A stretch of 64,000 bases of DNA. It comes from an uncultured Methanosarcinaceae archaeon. Lineage in GTDB: Archaea > Halobacteriota > Methanosarcinia > Methanosarcinales > Methanosarcinaceae. Position 1 is the stretch's first letter; every line of letters begins with the position of its first letter. The translations under genes were made by a program, and so were the position numbers. Positions 12,183-22,081 of this stretch are shown piece by piece. The notes under the pieces are model-generated. The model was not told the DNA's origin and did not search any database. It worked only from the letters and a program-made list of their open reading frames with translations. The stretch is taken from positions 288,001 through 352,000 of the forward strand of contig CAWHXP010000002.1 of the NCBI GenBank assembly GCA_963833425.1, given 5' to 3'.

Positions 12183-12515
12183 GTTCTCAGTATGCTGAAT
12201 TTTATATGAAATGTAAATCCATTTTAAGCCATGATCCATTATTTTTTACTTTCGAACCTTTCTATAACTTTCAAAGCAAGAACTTTGTTATACTCTTTCC
12301 CTGAATCTATTAACCTAAAAACATCGGATTTGATGTATATTCTTTAGAATCTAGTAGTTTAAAGATTCTTGCTAGTTCAGTGATTTTCCTTTTTCCCTCC
12401 TATCAATTGAGCGTGTACATAATCAGGAGATGAACACATAACTTCTCATTATCTAAACAGTAACTATAAGATCCTTCATAACAATTAACTTACATTCAAT
12501 GAAGTTATATTGGAA
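12183..12515. repeat. ~330 bp diverged direct repeat, copy 2
   Basis: Aligns by eye with 3117-3450. Confidence 0.8.
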
Positions 12516-12596
12516 ACAAAAAATATAGAAAATATTTATTACTCTACAGATAAAACTACAAAAATAAAACTATATGACAAAAAGGGGATCTAAAGG

Positions 12597-13061
12597 ATGG
12601 GTGTAGAAGCAACTATCAAAGAAATAGCAGGTGAACTTGAGAAAATAGCGACCACTAAGACTGTTGTTGGAGAACCCATTACTGCTGCTGGAAAAACAAT
12701 TATTCCAATTTCAAGAATTACTATGGGTTTCGGGGCCGGAGGTGGAGAGGGTAAGAAGGATAATGAATCCGGGTATGGAGGAGGCGGAGGTGCAGGAGTA
12801 AAGATCGAACCTGTGGCCTTCATCATGATTTCTGAAGAAGAAGCGAGGATATTCCGCATCTCTGAGAAAAATGATGCTGGATCAATCCTTAGTGCCCTCC
12901 CAGATATGTTGCCTGATATCATGGACAAGCTCAAAAGGAAAGATAAGCATAAAAAAGAAGATACTCCGAGAGAAAGGGAGAACATAGAACAAAAAGTCAA
13001 AGAGGAGGAACCGGCAGAACATACGGAAGATCAAGTTAAGAAAGGGAGCTGCTTTCAGTAA
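12597..13061 (+). CDS. GerW/YtfJ family protein
   Basis: TKTVVGEPI..GKTIIPIS.I.MGFGAGGGEG...GGGGGAGVKIEPVAFI signature. Confidence 0.9.
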   Translation: MGVEATIKEIAGELEKIATTKTVVGEPITAAGKTIIPISRITMGFGAGGGEGKKDNESGYGGGGGAGVKIEPVAFIMISEEEARIFRISEKNDAGSILSALPDMLPDIMDKLKRKDKHKKEDTPRERENIEQKVKEEEPAEHTEDQVKKGSCFQ

Positions 13062-13165
13062 ATTTCTTTGAAAATTAAACTCTTTCAAGGAATTTCCAGA
13101 AATGAAAAAAAAACTAAGTTTTTCAAGACATTTAGAACTATCCTTTTCCTTATAATTTGTTCATC

Positions 13166-13954
13166 ATGCTGTTTATCATCTATCCCTTCATTTCGGTTAT
13201 TCTGTTAGTCTTATTTATACTTTTTACAGCAATAGGCCTTACTATCAAGTTCAAAATCATAAGTTTGAAGGAAACTAAAGAACTAAGAAGCATATTTGCT
13301 GTAAAATGGTTGTTTTTTTCTCATACTTTTTTAATTGAAGAGCCTCTGACAAAAAATAAAACGTTTGAGGAACCTAAAAAGTCGGAAGTTGAAAAGGTAG
13401 TAGAAACTCTGCAGGATGAAAAAATCGGAATTAAAAAAAAAACTGAGAATGGAGTAAAAACAAGATCAATTGATGGAATAAGAGGAGAAGAAAAAGTTAA
13501 AAAAGAAAATGTGACAGAGTCTAAAAAGGGGATGACCACCAGAGAAATGTTTAAATGGAGCTTTGAAGCATTTAGTTCTCTAAGAAAACCTTTATTTTGT
13601 CTATTTTCTGATTTGTTGAATGGAATCAAAATTAAAAGCCTGGAATCTTGCATGACTTTTTGCCTTCCAGATCCTTCTGATACTGGTATTCTCTGTGGAT
13701 TCCTACATGCTATCGCAGGATTTGTCTACAGTCGTTGTAGGCATTGTAATTTTTCCATAAAACCTGAATTCATGGATCCAATGTTGAATTTACAGGGAAA
13801 TTTGGAAATACGTATAAAAATACATTCTTTGATTCTTCCATTCATTAAATTTATATTTAACTGGAATACTTTATCTTTCACTTACTCGGTTGTGAAGGAT
13901 ATACTTCAGCGGAAATGGAAGTCTACATGGAAGCCTAAATGGAAGCTTGCCTAA
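13166..13954 (+). CDS. DUF2953 family protein
   Basis: N-terminal TM, charged linker, LPDPSDTGILCG motif; usual neighbour of ytfJ. Confidence 0.75.
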   Translation: MLFIIYPFISVILLVLFILFTAIGLTIKFKIISLKETKELRSIFAVKWLFFSHTFLIEEPLTKNKTFEEPKKSEVEKVVETLQDEKIGIKKKTENGVKTRSIDGIRGEEKVKKENVTESKKGMTTREMFKWSFEAFSSLRKPLFCLFSDLLNGIKIKSLESCMTFCLPDPSDTGILCGFLHAIAGFVYSRCRHCNFSIKPEFMDPMLNLQGNLEIRIKIHSLILPFIKFIFNWNTLSFTYSVVKDILQRKWKSTWKPKWKLA

Positions 13955-14003
13955 AAGTCTAACTCCGAATCTATATGAACAGGTAATGAGGATACAAGTG
14001 AAT

Positions 14004-14969
14004 ATGATTAAAGTAGTGTCTCCCTCTAGACTGCATCTTACCTTAATAGACCTCAATGCAGAGCTCGGCAGAGTTGATGGGGGAGTAGGAATTACCCTGG
14101 AATACCCATCCATGGAACTTTGGGCAGATAAGGCTGATAATATCGAAATTTTAGGAGATTCTCTTCTATATGAAAAAATGAGAAAAGCAGCAGATTCTCT
14201 GTTACCTGCTGGGAAGGGGATTAAGCTCCATATTAACGACAGTATTCCTGATCATGTAGGTCTCGGTTCCGGGACTCAGGCTGCACTTTCAGCAGGAGCT
14301 GCTTTAAATAAAATTTACGGACTTGGTAAAAGTATTCGAGAACTTGCAGTTGCTGTGGGTAGAGGAGGGACTTCTGGGATAGGGGTTGCTGCTTTTGAAT
14401 ATGGTGGTATAATCCTGGATGGAGGCCATAAATTTAAGGATAAGCTTAATTTTTCTCCTTCTGCTGCCTCAAATGTACCTCCTGGCCCTGTACTCTTCAG
14501 GGAAAATTTTCCTGACTGGCCGATTGTCCTTGCAATCCCTAATACTAAAGGAGTCCATGGCGCCGAAGAAGTGGATATTTTCAAAAAATATTGTCCTATT
14601 CCCCTTGCTGAAGTCCAGGAGATTTCCCATGTAATCCTTATTCAGATGCTACCGGCAATAATGGAAGAAGACCTGGAAAGTTTTGGGAGGGCAATCAACC
14701 ACTTCCAAATTGCAGGTTTTAAGAAGCGTGAAGTCGAACTTCAGCAACGACCTGTTCTGGACATCATGGAGTATATGCGAGACAATGGAGCAAGTGGTTC
14801 AGGAATCAGTTCTTTTGGGCCAGTAGTTTACGGGGTAGTTGGAAGCATCGGCGAAGGCAAAAAACTTCAGAAAGAATCTCAGCGAATGCTTAATGAATCT
14901 CTTGGAGGGAAGGTATTGCTCACAAAGGCTAAGAACAGTGGTGCCGATATATTTGGGGGTCCTGATTGA
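14004..14969 (+). CDS. mptG: Beta-ribofuranosylaminobenzene 5'-phosphate (RFAP) synthase, GHMP family, methanopterin biosynthesis
   Basis: PSRLHLTLIDL, RVDGGVG, HVGLGSGTQ, GRGGTSGIG, DGGH and SSFGP motifs. Confidence 0.9.
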   Translation: MIKVVSPSRLHLTLIDLNAELGRVDGGVGITLEYPSMELWADKADNIEILGDSLLYEKMRKAADSLLPAGKGIKLHINDSIPDHVGLGSGTQAALSAGAALNKIYGLGKSIRELAVAVGRGGTSGIGVAAFEYGGIILDGGHKFKDKLNFSPSAASNVPPGPVLFRENFPDWPIVLAIPNTKGVHGAEEVDIFKKYCPIPLAEVQEISHVILIQMLPAIMEEDLESFGRAINHFQIAGFKKREVELQQRPVLDIMEYMRDNGASGSGISSFGPVVYGVVGSIGEGKKLQKESQRMLNESLGGKVLLTKAKNSGADIFGGPD

Positions 14970-15973
14970 AGATCAATACCTGGTTTGGAGTTCTTGAGAT
15001 AAGCAGAACAGGAGAAATTATGGAATCCGAGCTTTTTTCAAAGGATATCCAGGAGCTTGCACTTCACTCCCTTTGCCTCAGAAAAAACATAGTGAATCTT
15101 CTGCCGGAGAAATTTGATATGATAGCTGCGGCTCTCGAGTGCAAGTTTGTAGTTTCCCCTTCAGAGTATTATTCCCTTTTACATGAAGTGACCCTAAAAA
15201 CTGCAAAACTTCAAGTATCAGGAGCTCTTAACCCTGATCAGCGAATTATCCACGCTGTGGAAGCCCTGGATGACATTAATGAAAATATAAACTCCCTATC
15301 TGAAAGACTTTCCGAATGGTATGGGATTTATTTTCCGGAAAGCGGTCTTGGAGGAGAAGCTCTTGCCATTTTTGTTGCATATTATGGTTCACCTAATAAT
15401 TTAGGGTCTGAAAATCCTCTCTATTCTAAAACAATAAATTCAATGGGTGCAAAACTAGAGGCTGCAGACGAAATGCTGCTGAAGGGCTTTGCAGAAAGCG
15501 TTTATAGCCTGTATGAAAGGAAGAGACAGATAGAAGCTTATATAGAAGACAGCATGGGATCGATTTCACCAAATCTAAAACTCATTGCAGGCTCAATTCT
15601 TGGGGCAAGATTAATAAGTATTGCAGGGAGCCTCGAGAAACTTGCTTCTTTTCCTTCAAGTACTATTCAAGTTATAGGGGCTAGCAAGGCTCTCTTCAAG
15701 CACCTTCGAGCTCGAGCTCCGTCTCCTAAGCATGGAATCATCTATAGTCATCATCTACTGAATACTGCTCCCTGGTGGGTAAGGGGAAAAATCGCAAGAG
15801 CGCTTGCAGGGAAGTTATCCCTTGCTTCTAGACTCGACTATTATTCAGGCGAAAAAGACCCCTCCCTTGTAGAAAAACTTGAAATAAAGGTTCGACTGAT
15901 CAAGGCTTCAAATCCCAAACCTCCTCAACGAATGCAAGTAAACGAGACAAAAACCAAAAAAAGGAAGAGGTAA
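14966..15973 (+). CDS. nop5: Box C/D RNP protein Nop5 (Nop56/58)
   Basis: ERLSEWYGIYFPE, GARLIS.AGSL.KLA.FPSSTIQVIGA, PKHGIIY, RGKIARALA. Confidence 0.93.
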   Translation: MKINTWFGVLEISRTGEIMESELFSKDIQELALHSLCLRKNIVNLLPEKFDMIAAALECKFVVSPSEYYSLLHEVTLKTAKLQVSGALNPDQRIIHAVEALDDINENINSLSERLSEWYGIYFPESGLGGEALAIFVAYYGSPNNLGSENPLYSKTINSMGAKLEAADEMLLKGFAESVYSLYERKRQIEAYIEDSMGSISPNLKLIAGSILGARLISIAGSLEKLASFPSSTIQVIGASKALFKHLRARAPSPKHGIIYSHHLLNTAPWWVRGKIARALAGKLSLASRLDYYSGEKDPSLVEKLEIKVRLIKASNPKPPQRMQVNETKTKKRKR

Positions 15974-16657
15974 ATGCCTAAAGTCAATAAACTATACGAT
16001 GGAATTTATGAGATAGTGAAAGACAAAAAGCAGCTTGCTACACGGAACATTGACTGTGGTAAAGTAGTCTACGGAGAAAAATTAATTTCCTTAGAAGGTG
16101 TTGAATACCGAATATGGGACCCACACAGGAGCAAGCTGGGAGCCATGATCCTAAAGAAGTTCAACATACCTATTAAAGAAAATTTTAAAATTCTCTATCT
16201 TGGAGCAGCATCAGGCACAACTGTAAGTCACGTATCTGACATCGTTTCAGGTGGTGCAGTCTATGCCGTTGAGTTTGCCCCGCGGAGCATGAGAGATCTC
16301 ATAGGACTTGCATCTAGACGGAAAAATATCTACCCAATCCTAGCTGATGCGAGGAAAACAGATAGTTATGCCCATCTAGTTGAACCTGTGGATCTCATCT
16401 TTCAGGACGTTGCACAACCCAACCAGGTAGAAATAGCTACAAGAAATGCTGCTCGTTTTTTGAAAAGAGCCGGATATGTCCTGCTTTCCATCAAGTCACG
16501 AAGTATCGATACTGTGATGAACCCTAAAAAAATATTTGCAAATGAGCTTCGAAAACTAGAGCAAACACTTGAACCAAAATTCGAAATTCTTTGCGTAAAG
16601 GACCTGATGCCCTATCATGAAGACCACCTCGGAGTTATCGCAAAATTAAAAAATTAA
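15974..16657 (+). CDS. flpA: Fibrillarin-like 2'-O-methyltransferase
   Basis: VYGE, YR.WDP.RSKL, LYLGAASGTTVSH, DVAQPNQ. Confidence 0.96.
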   Translation: MPKVNKLYDGIYEIVKDKKQLATRNIDCGKVVYGEKLISLEGVEYRIWDPHRSKLGAMILKKFNIPIKENFKILYLGAASGTTVSHVSDIVSGGAVYAVEFAPRSMRDLIGLASRRKNIYPILADARKTDSYAHLVEPVDLIFQDVAQPNQVEIATRNAARFLKRAGYVLLSIKSRSIDTVMNPKKIFANELRKLEQTLEPKFEILCVKDLMPYHEDHLGVIAKLKN

Positions 16658-16821
16658 ATCGGTATCAAAGTATATTATTTCTAATTTTTAAATAAATTAA
16701 GCGAAGTTATTTCTTATTATCATAATCAATTATTTCATTATCATAAATAATTTCTTTGATATTTATCTAATTTATATAAATGTTTCGTAACTTAAGATAT
16801 TCGGAAATATTGTTTGTTACG

Positions 16822-16909
16822 GAGAATTTCAAAAAACCTCTAATTTGATCATATGTACATAAATAGACAGCAATTGACTCGTGAAATTCAGAGATTCGTC
16901 TAAATCCTC
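16822..16909. mobile_element. 88 bp IS5-related MITE
   Basis: GAGAATTTCAAAAAACCTCTAATTT ... AAATTCAGAGATTCGTCTAAATCCTC. Confidence 0.6.
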
Positions 16910-16998
16910 TTTAACTCGATTTTTGCCGTCTCTTTTAATTCAGGAAAAATTATTGAATAAATTATACTAAAGTAGGATTCTGGACTTTTGTCCCACAC

Positions 16999-18138
16999 TT
17001 ATTCTACAACTTTCAAGTATTTTTTCCGGAATTCGGGGTTCCTCATAAGACAGCACTTTGCATTGTACACAGGATCCTTACGGATTTTCTTCCAAATATC
17101 TTTTATTTTGTCTCTATATACATTCCCATATGGGATAGGAATACAAGCACAGGGTAGAATGTTCCCTTCTGGAGTGATGTGTAACCATTTCCTGCCTGCC
17201 ATACAACCAGTTGCCTTCATGATCTGCGGGATAGCAAAAACTCTTGGACCTTCTTTTTCCCTGACAATCGATACAAAATTGTCAAATTTTCTCATATTTT
17301 TTGGGTTCACGATTTCGGAAGTATTATTCATCCACCTGCCAGTAGGAACTATTTCGTACAAAGAAAGTTCGTGGACTCCAAGCTCTGATGCAAGTGTATA
17401 TATTTGTTCAAGCTCGTTTACGTTGTCATTGGAAAGAACCACATACATATTCACAAGCAAATCTGCCTTAATTCCATTTTTGACTGCCTCAACCGCACTG
17501 TTGAAAACCCCTTTTCTACCCCTGACATAATCATGCTGATCTTCAGACGCGCTGTCAAAACTGACAGTAAGGGAATAAAGGCCTGCTTCTTTCAAGCTTC
17601 TTGCTCTCTCTTCAGTCAGCCCGATTCCAGATGTAAACATTCCGTTGACGGCTTTTTCAGGATCTACATAATTAATCAGGTCTTCTAATCCAGGATACAT
17701 AAGAGGTTCGCCTCCGTCAAAGATTACGACGGTCGTGCCCATCTCGAGAACTTGATCAATTGTGGATTTCACTGCTTCAGGTGTGAGTTTCGCCCGGTTT
17801 TTTGTGTCAGGAAGAGCACAATGGATACAGTTGTTGGGACATTCCTCAGTTATTGAGATGGTTACCTGATCGGGAACCATTTTACCCAGAATGGACAAAA
17901 GCTGGCTTTTAACCAGGCGATCAAAACCTAGACTTGGTATGGAGGGCAGCCAGGTCGAACAAATAAGCCTATCGGAATCTATTTTTGCAGGTTTTTCTCC
18001 TTCAAAAATTGAGAGGTTTTTCCCAAGATTTTTTCGCATAATTATGGACGCTGGCCCGCTGGTTATTAGCCTCATGCGTCCGTCATCTATTTTGACAGAT
18101 ATTCTTAGGAAGGGGCTTTTATAAAAATCATACTCCAT
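16999..18138 (-). CDS. Radical SAM protein with C-terminal SPASM/twitch-like Cys motif
   Basis: CPNNCIHC (CxxxCxxC), GGEP, and GCMAG...TPEGNILPC...CC. Confidence 0.9.
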   Translation of the reverse strand: MEYDFYKSPFLRISVKIDDGRMRLITSGPASIIMRKNLGKNLSIFEGEKPAKIDSDRLICSTWLPSIPSLGFDRLVKSQLLSILGKMVPDQVTISITEECPNNCIHCALPDTKNRAKLTPEAVKSTIDQVLEMGTTVVIFDGGEPLMYPGLEDLINYVDPEKAVNGMFTSGIGLTEERARSLKEAGLYSLTVSFDSASEDQHDYVRGRKGVFNSAVEAVKNGIKADLLVNMYVVLSNDNVNELEQIYTLASELGVHELSLYEIVPTGRWMNNTSEIVNPKNMRKFDNFVSIVREKEGPRVFAIPQIMKATGCMAGRKWLHITPEGNILPCACIPIPYGNVYRDKIKDIWKKIRKDPVYNAKCCLMRNPEFRKKYLKVVE

Positions 18139-18221
18139 ATTTTATCCTGCATCGGATGTTTGATGCTGATATTTGTGCAAGCCAGATTCTTTATTTAAAT
18201 TAGTCTTTTAAAATCCAAAGC

Positions 18222-19379
18222 TCATTTGTTCCTGAAAAGTGCTCTGCAATTCAATATTGAAAAGGGTTTTTTCTTCAACATGAATGCAAAGATCTGCATC
18301 GTCTGCTCAACTGAAGTTCCATGAATGAATGAGAGATTTTCATTCTCAAAAACAGTTACTATATCATCAATTTCTCTGTCTGTCATTTTTCGAAGAGTTT
18401 CAAGCCCTATGCGACCAACGTAATGTTCTATCTTAAATTCCTTTTCCCAAGTCTTCCGATACTCTGATAGATAATTTTTTGAGGTGTCCCCTTTTTTTAC
18501 AGCATCTGCAGCCACATCTCCGCATATTTGGCCTGCTCTCATTGCATAGCCTATCCCGGACTGACCGGCTGCCCCACCGACGACCATGATTCCATCGGTA
18601 ATAAACTCATTCGGAAGTGTTACTATAGGGTCTCCGCCGGAAAATTTTCTTACGACTTCAAAATCTAGTAATCCTTTTATTTTCTTGAATTTTTCAATCC
18701 AGGAGTTCAGGTAAGGCATTGCATCCTTTCCGCATCTACGTACATATGCCCCGATTGAAGCATTGTCTCCCCCCCTTGGGGAATAAGTAGTCTTCCATCC
18801 AGGGGCATGATTTCCTACGTAATACTCAAACATTTTTGATTTACCAATGCCTGAAGCCCGAATTTCAAGTTCAATTCCCCAAGCAATATCTTCCGGATGT
18901 TTCATCGTTTTCAGCCCAACAGAGGATGCCATTTTCGAATTAATACCGTCTGAGATAATTACGATTTTTGACTTAAAAATCCCGGTCGAGGTTTTGACAG
19001 AAAATGTTTTCCCGTCTCTGAGAATATTCTGTGCTTCTACCCCTTTTTGAACATCTACGCCGATATTTATTATTTTTTCCGTATAAAATCTGTCGAACTC
19101 TGTTTTATCAATAGCATATCCAGGGGCCTCAACCTCTACTATCCTTCCCGCAGGAGAAATAATTTGCATGCCCTTGAGGTAATGCATTACATAAGACGGA
19201 TCTACTGTCTCTCCACATTTATCAAACATATTCTTAAAAAAAGAATTTGCAGGATGTGGAGGGTTTCCAATATTTTCTTTTTTTTCCAGCAAAAGGACTG
19301 TAGAGCCTTTTTCACTCGCGTTCCTTGCAGCCATCAATCCTGCAGGAGATACTCCAATAACAATAATATCCGCATCCAT
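18222..19379 (-). CDS. Geranylgeranyl reductase-family flavoprotein, divergent
   Basis: Rossmann IIVIGVSPAG, LLEKK, KTEFD, SDGINS, VVGGAAG, GIGYAM.AG. Confidence 0.85.
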   Translation of the reverse strand: MDADIIVIGVSPAGLMAARNASEKGSTVLLLEKKENIGNPPHPANSFFKNMFDKCGETVDPSYVMHYLKGMQIISPAGRIVEVEAPGYAIDKTEFDRFYTEKIINIGVDVQKGVEAQNILRDGKTFSVKTSTGIFKSKIVIISDGINSKMASSVGLKTMKHPEDIAWGIELEIRASGIGKSKMFEYYVGNHAPGWKTTYSPRGGDNASIGAYVRRCGKDAMPYLNSWIEKFKKIKGLLDFEVVRKFSGGDPIVTLPNEFITDGIMVVGGAAGQSGIGYAMRAGQICGDVAADAVKKGDTSKNYLSEYRKTWEKEFKIEHYVGRIGLETLRKMTDREIDDIVTVFENENLSFIHGTSVEQTMQIFAFMLKKKPFSILNCRALFRNK

Positions 19380-19395
19380 GTTCCCCTGCCTTTTT

Positions 19396-20337
19396 TCACC
19401 AGAGAATGGAGGTATAAGATCCTACATAAATGCACAGCACCACATCCAGGATCATTGATCCGAACATGATTGCTCTGTAATTTGAGCCTTTAAGGAAGAT
19501 TGCAGCTCCCCTCTCCGGGGTAGGGTGCCTGATAAAGTCAAAACACTGGACAAGCATCCAGAGCCCTGAGGCAGAGGCACCTACAAAATATACGGGCCCA
19601 AGATGGGCAGACCAGCCGATAAGCACTGATGCAATAACACCGACAACCCACCAGATAGTAACAAATCTGGCGGTAAAAGGAATTCCAAATGTCACTGGCA
19701 TTGTAGGGGCACCCTTAAGCCTGTCCCCTTCCAAGTCTCTGGAAACACCTCCAAGAGTAAAAGCCCAGTCTGTAACACACATCATAAGCCCAAAACAAAT
19801 AGCTGGCAAGGGAAGAGTTACCCCGTCGCCGCCTTTCAGTAGCCCTATAGGGTCAAAGGCAACCCAAACACCTATAGGCACAAGCCCATAGGAGATACCC
19901 ACGGGCAAAAAGCTGAGAAAGGTGTGCCTCTTTGCAAAGATCGAATAAATGGTAATAGTTCCGACCGCAATAAAAAGGATAATGAGAGATTCAGGGTTTA
20001 GATAAGTGGCTGATGCGCCTGCTATTACTAACAACAAGAAGGCATAAATAAAAGCCGAATTTTTTGAGATTCTGGAAGAGGGTAGAGGGCGGCCTGGCAG
20101 ATTGATCGTATCTATATCAATATCGCAGCAATCATTAAAGACGTATGAACTGGTAATCGCCGCAAAGCCTCCTATAACGGCAATCAAGAAGGGGATAAGT
20201 TTAGGAAGTCCTCCTGTTGCTATATAAGAGGCCAGAATTGCACTCGAAGATGGAAGGGTAAGATCCATGTAGTAGAGTTCGGGCCTTAAAAGTTTGAGGT
20301 AAGGACTGAGTTCTCCAATTCTTGCTGTAAGAGAAAT
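19396..20337 (-). CDS. UbiA-family membrane prenyltransferase; apparent non-canonical start
   Basis: NDCCDIDID..N.P.RP and RDLEGD Asp-rich motifs, multiple TM; frame extends 23 codons upstream of ATG 20268 through YLKLLRP to an ATT behind a GAGGTGA RBS. Confidence 0.88.
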   Translation of the reverse strand: MSLTARIGELSPYLKLLRPELYYMDLTLPSSSAILASYIATGGLPKLIPFLIAVIGGFAAITSSYVFNDCCDIDIDTINLPGRPLPSSRISKNSAFIYAFLLLVIAGASATYLNPESLIILFIAVGTITIYSIFAKRHTFLSFLPVGISYGLVPIGVWVAFDPIGLLKGGDGVTLPLPAICFGLMMCVTDWAFTLGGVSRDLEGDRLKGAPTMPVTFGIPFTARFVTIWWVVGVIASVLIGWSAHLGPVYFVGASASGLWMLVQCFDFIRHPTPERGAAIFLKGSNYRAIMFGSMILDVVLCIYVGSYTSILW

Positions 20338-20608
20338 TATTTCACCTCTATTTTTCGAATAGATACAGAAGTCTTTTTATCTGAATTATTTATACTTCAG
20401 GTTTTTTTTAATTTATAATATTTTTTGCAATAAGTCCTATGAAGGTTCGCATCTCAAAAAGTTTTTCTTTTTATTTTTTTTCAGAGACAGTGTTTTATTT
20501 ATGAGATTTAGTGAAGGAGTTATAAGTAAATCATAAAGGATATATTAGGAAGTCTGAAGAACTGTTAGATGCTCAATGTCGTTACAAAGCTCCTATAGAG
20601 CTCATTTT

Positions 20609-22081
20609 TTATGTTTCTTCCCCAGCCTCCCTGTAGATCAGTTTTGCATTTTTGCTTATTTCTTCAAATAGCGGGTGTTTGAACTCCTTTTCGCAGACAA
20701 AGGTAAACTCTGCTTTCGGGTTTAAGACCATTAGTTTAAGAGTATTTAGAAGAGCTGTGCTGAGGGCTTCATAATCCGGAAATTTAGGAACCTCGGCATT
20801 GAAAGGATATACTTCATCCATTTCAACAGGAAATGCCCCGAACGGTGCTTTGAAATTAAGGATTTGATCGTAACTGTTCTCTCCCTTCACAGGGTCTGTG
20901 CGAATAAGTACCGAGCCTTCAAAGCTAAACCTTCCCAGTCGTTTCCCAAAACGTAGGATTTCTGGCCGAGAGGAAGATTCTGGTCCACAGTAAAAATATG
21001 TTCCTTTTGTGGCTGGATCCAACTGTTCAAGCCAGTGTGAGTGTGTATAAAGTTTTTTCAGTCCTTCAAGAAGCCTTGGATGAGAACGGCATCTTTTCTC
21101 TACAAGTTCGAGCAATTTTCCGTCCTTTATGCACTGTTTAATAAGCCGGATTTCAGCAAAAGTTGCGTAGAGGTTGTGCTTTCCCAAAAGTTCTTCCCTG
21201 TTATCTGCTTTTTTAAGTTCTTGTGCGGTATATTTTGAACAAACCTGACAGGAACAGGGTAAATAATTTAATTTATCCAAATGATAAGTCCCGTTTACAG
21301 TAATATAGCGCCCGTCCTTAGCATAAAGGGCATAAGCTGCCGAATCAAAAAGATCGCAGCCAAGTGCCACTGCAATAGCGAACATCATAGGGTGCCCTGC
21401 TCCGAAAAGATGTATCGGTGAGACTGGAGAAAGCCTTTTTTTGGATGCCGCAACTAAGTCAACGAGATCTGCATAACGGTATGCTTCCAAGAGCGGGACA
21501 ATTGCTCCCAGAGAATATACATCAAATTTGAGATTTTTTAGTTGGGTAGCAGCCTTTTCTCTAAGATCAAGGTAAGTTGAGCCCTGTACTGGCCCCGCAA
21601 GTAGTTGTTCACCCTTAATAAACTTACGGGCAGCTTCCAGACGTTCATATGTGATCGCAAGCTCCTCTTCAGCTCTTTTATAGTGAACATCTGGGGGCGT
21701 TGGAATGTCGAGAGGGACAACAATATCGCTTCCGATCTTTTGCTGAAACCCAAGAATCTCTTCATTTGTTACTTCGACAGAACCATATACTGAAAGCTGA
21801 AAAGAACCCGAGTCAGTCATAACGGGTCCGTCAAAATCTATGAGCTTGTGCAGCCCTTTCTCAAGAGCAATTTTTCGCAGCTCTTCCTTACGGTAGATAA
21901 TATAAGAATTGGTGATCAGGATTTCTGCTCCGAAGGTTCCCATTTCTCTTGGAGAGATAAGCTGGATATTCGGATTGATTACAGGCATTACTGTAGGTGT
22001 CTCAACAATTCCATGGGGAGTCCTTAACTTTCCTATCCTTCCGCCTGCGTCCTTGTCAAAAATTTTGAATATTACTGACAT
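20609..22081 (-). CDS. tgtA: Archaeosine tRNA-guanine(15) transglycosylase
   Basis: GRIGKL.TPHG.VETPTVMPV, ITNSY, MTDSGSFQL, LDIPT, HLFGAGHP, DLFDSAAY, CSCQVC zinc site. Confidence 0.95.
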   Translation of the reverse strand: MSVIFKIFDKDAGGRIGKLRTPHGIVETPTVMPVINPNIQLISPREMGTFGAEILITNSYIIYRKEELRKIALEKGLHKLIDFDGPVMTDSGSFQLSVYGSVEVTNEEILGFQQKIGSDIVVPLDIPTPPDVHYKRAEEELAITYERLEAARKFIKGEQLLAGPVQGSTYLDLREKAATQLKNLKFDVYSLGAIVPLLEAYRYADLVDLVAASKKRLSPVSPIHLFGAGHPMMFAIAVALGCDLFDSAAYALYAKDGRYITVNGTYHLDKLNYLPCSCQVCSKYTAQELKKADNREELLGKHNLYATFAEIRLIKQCIKDGKLLELVEKRCRSHPRLLEGLKKLYTHSHWLEQLDPATKGTYFYCGPESSSRPEILRFGKRLGRFSFEGSVLIRTDPVKGENSYDQILNFKAPFGAFPVEMDEVYPFNAEVPKFPDYEALSTALLNTLKLMVLNPKAEFTFVCEKEFKHPLFEEISKNAKLIYREAGEET

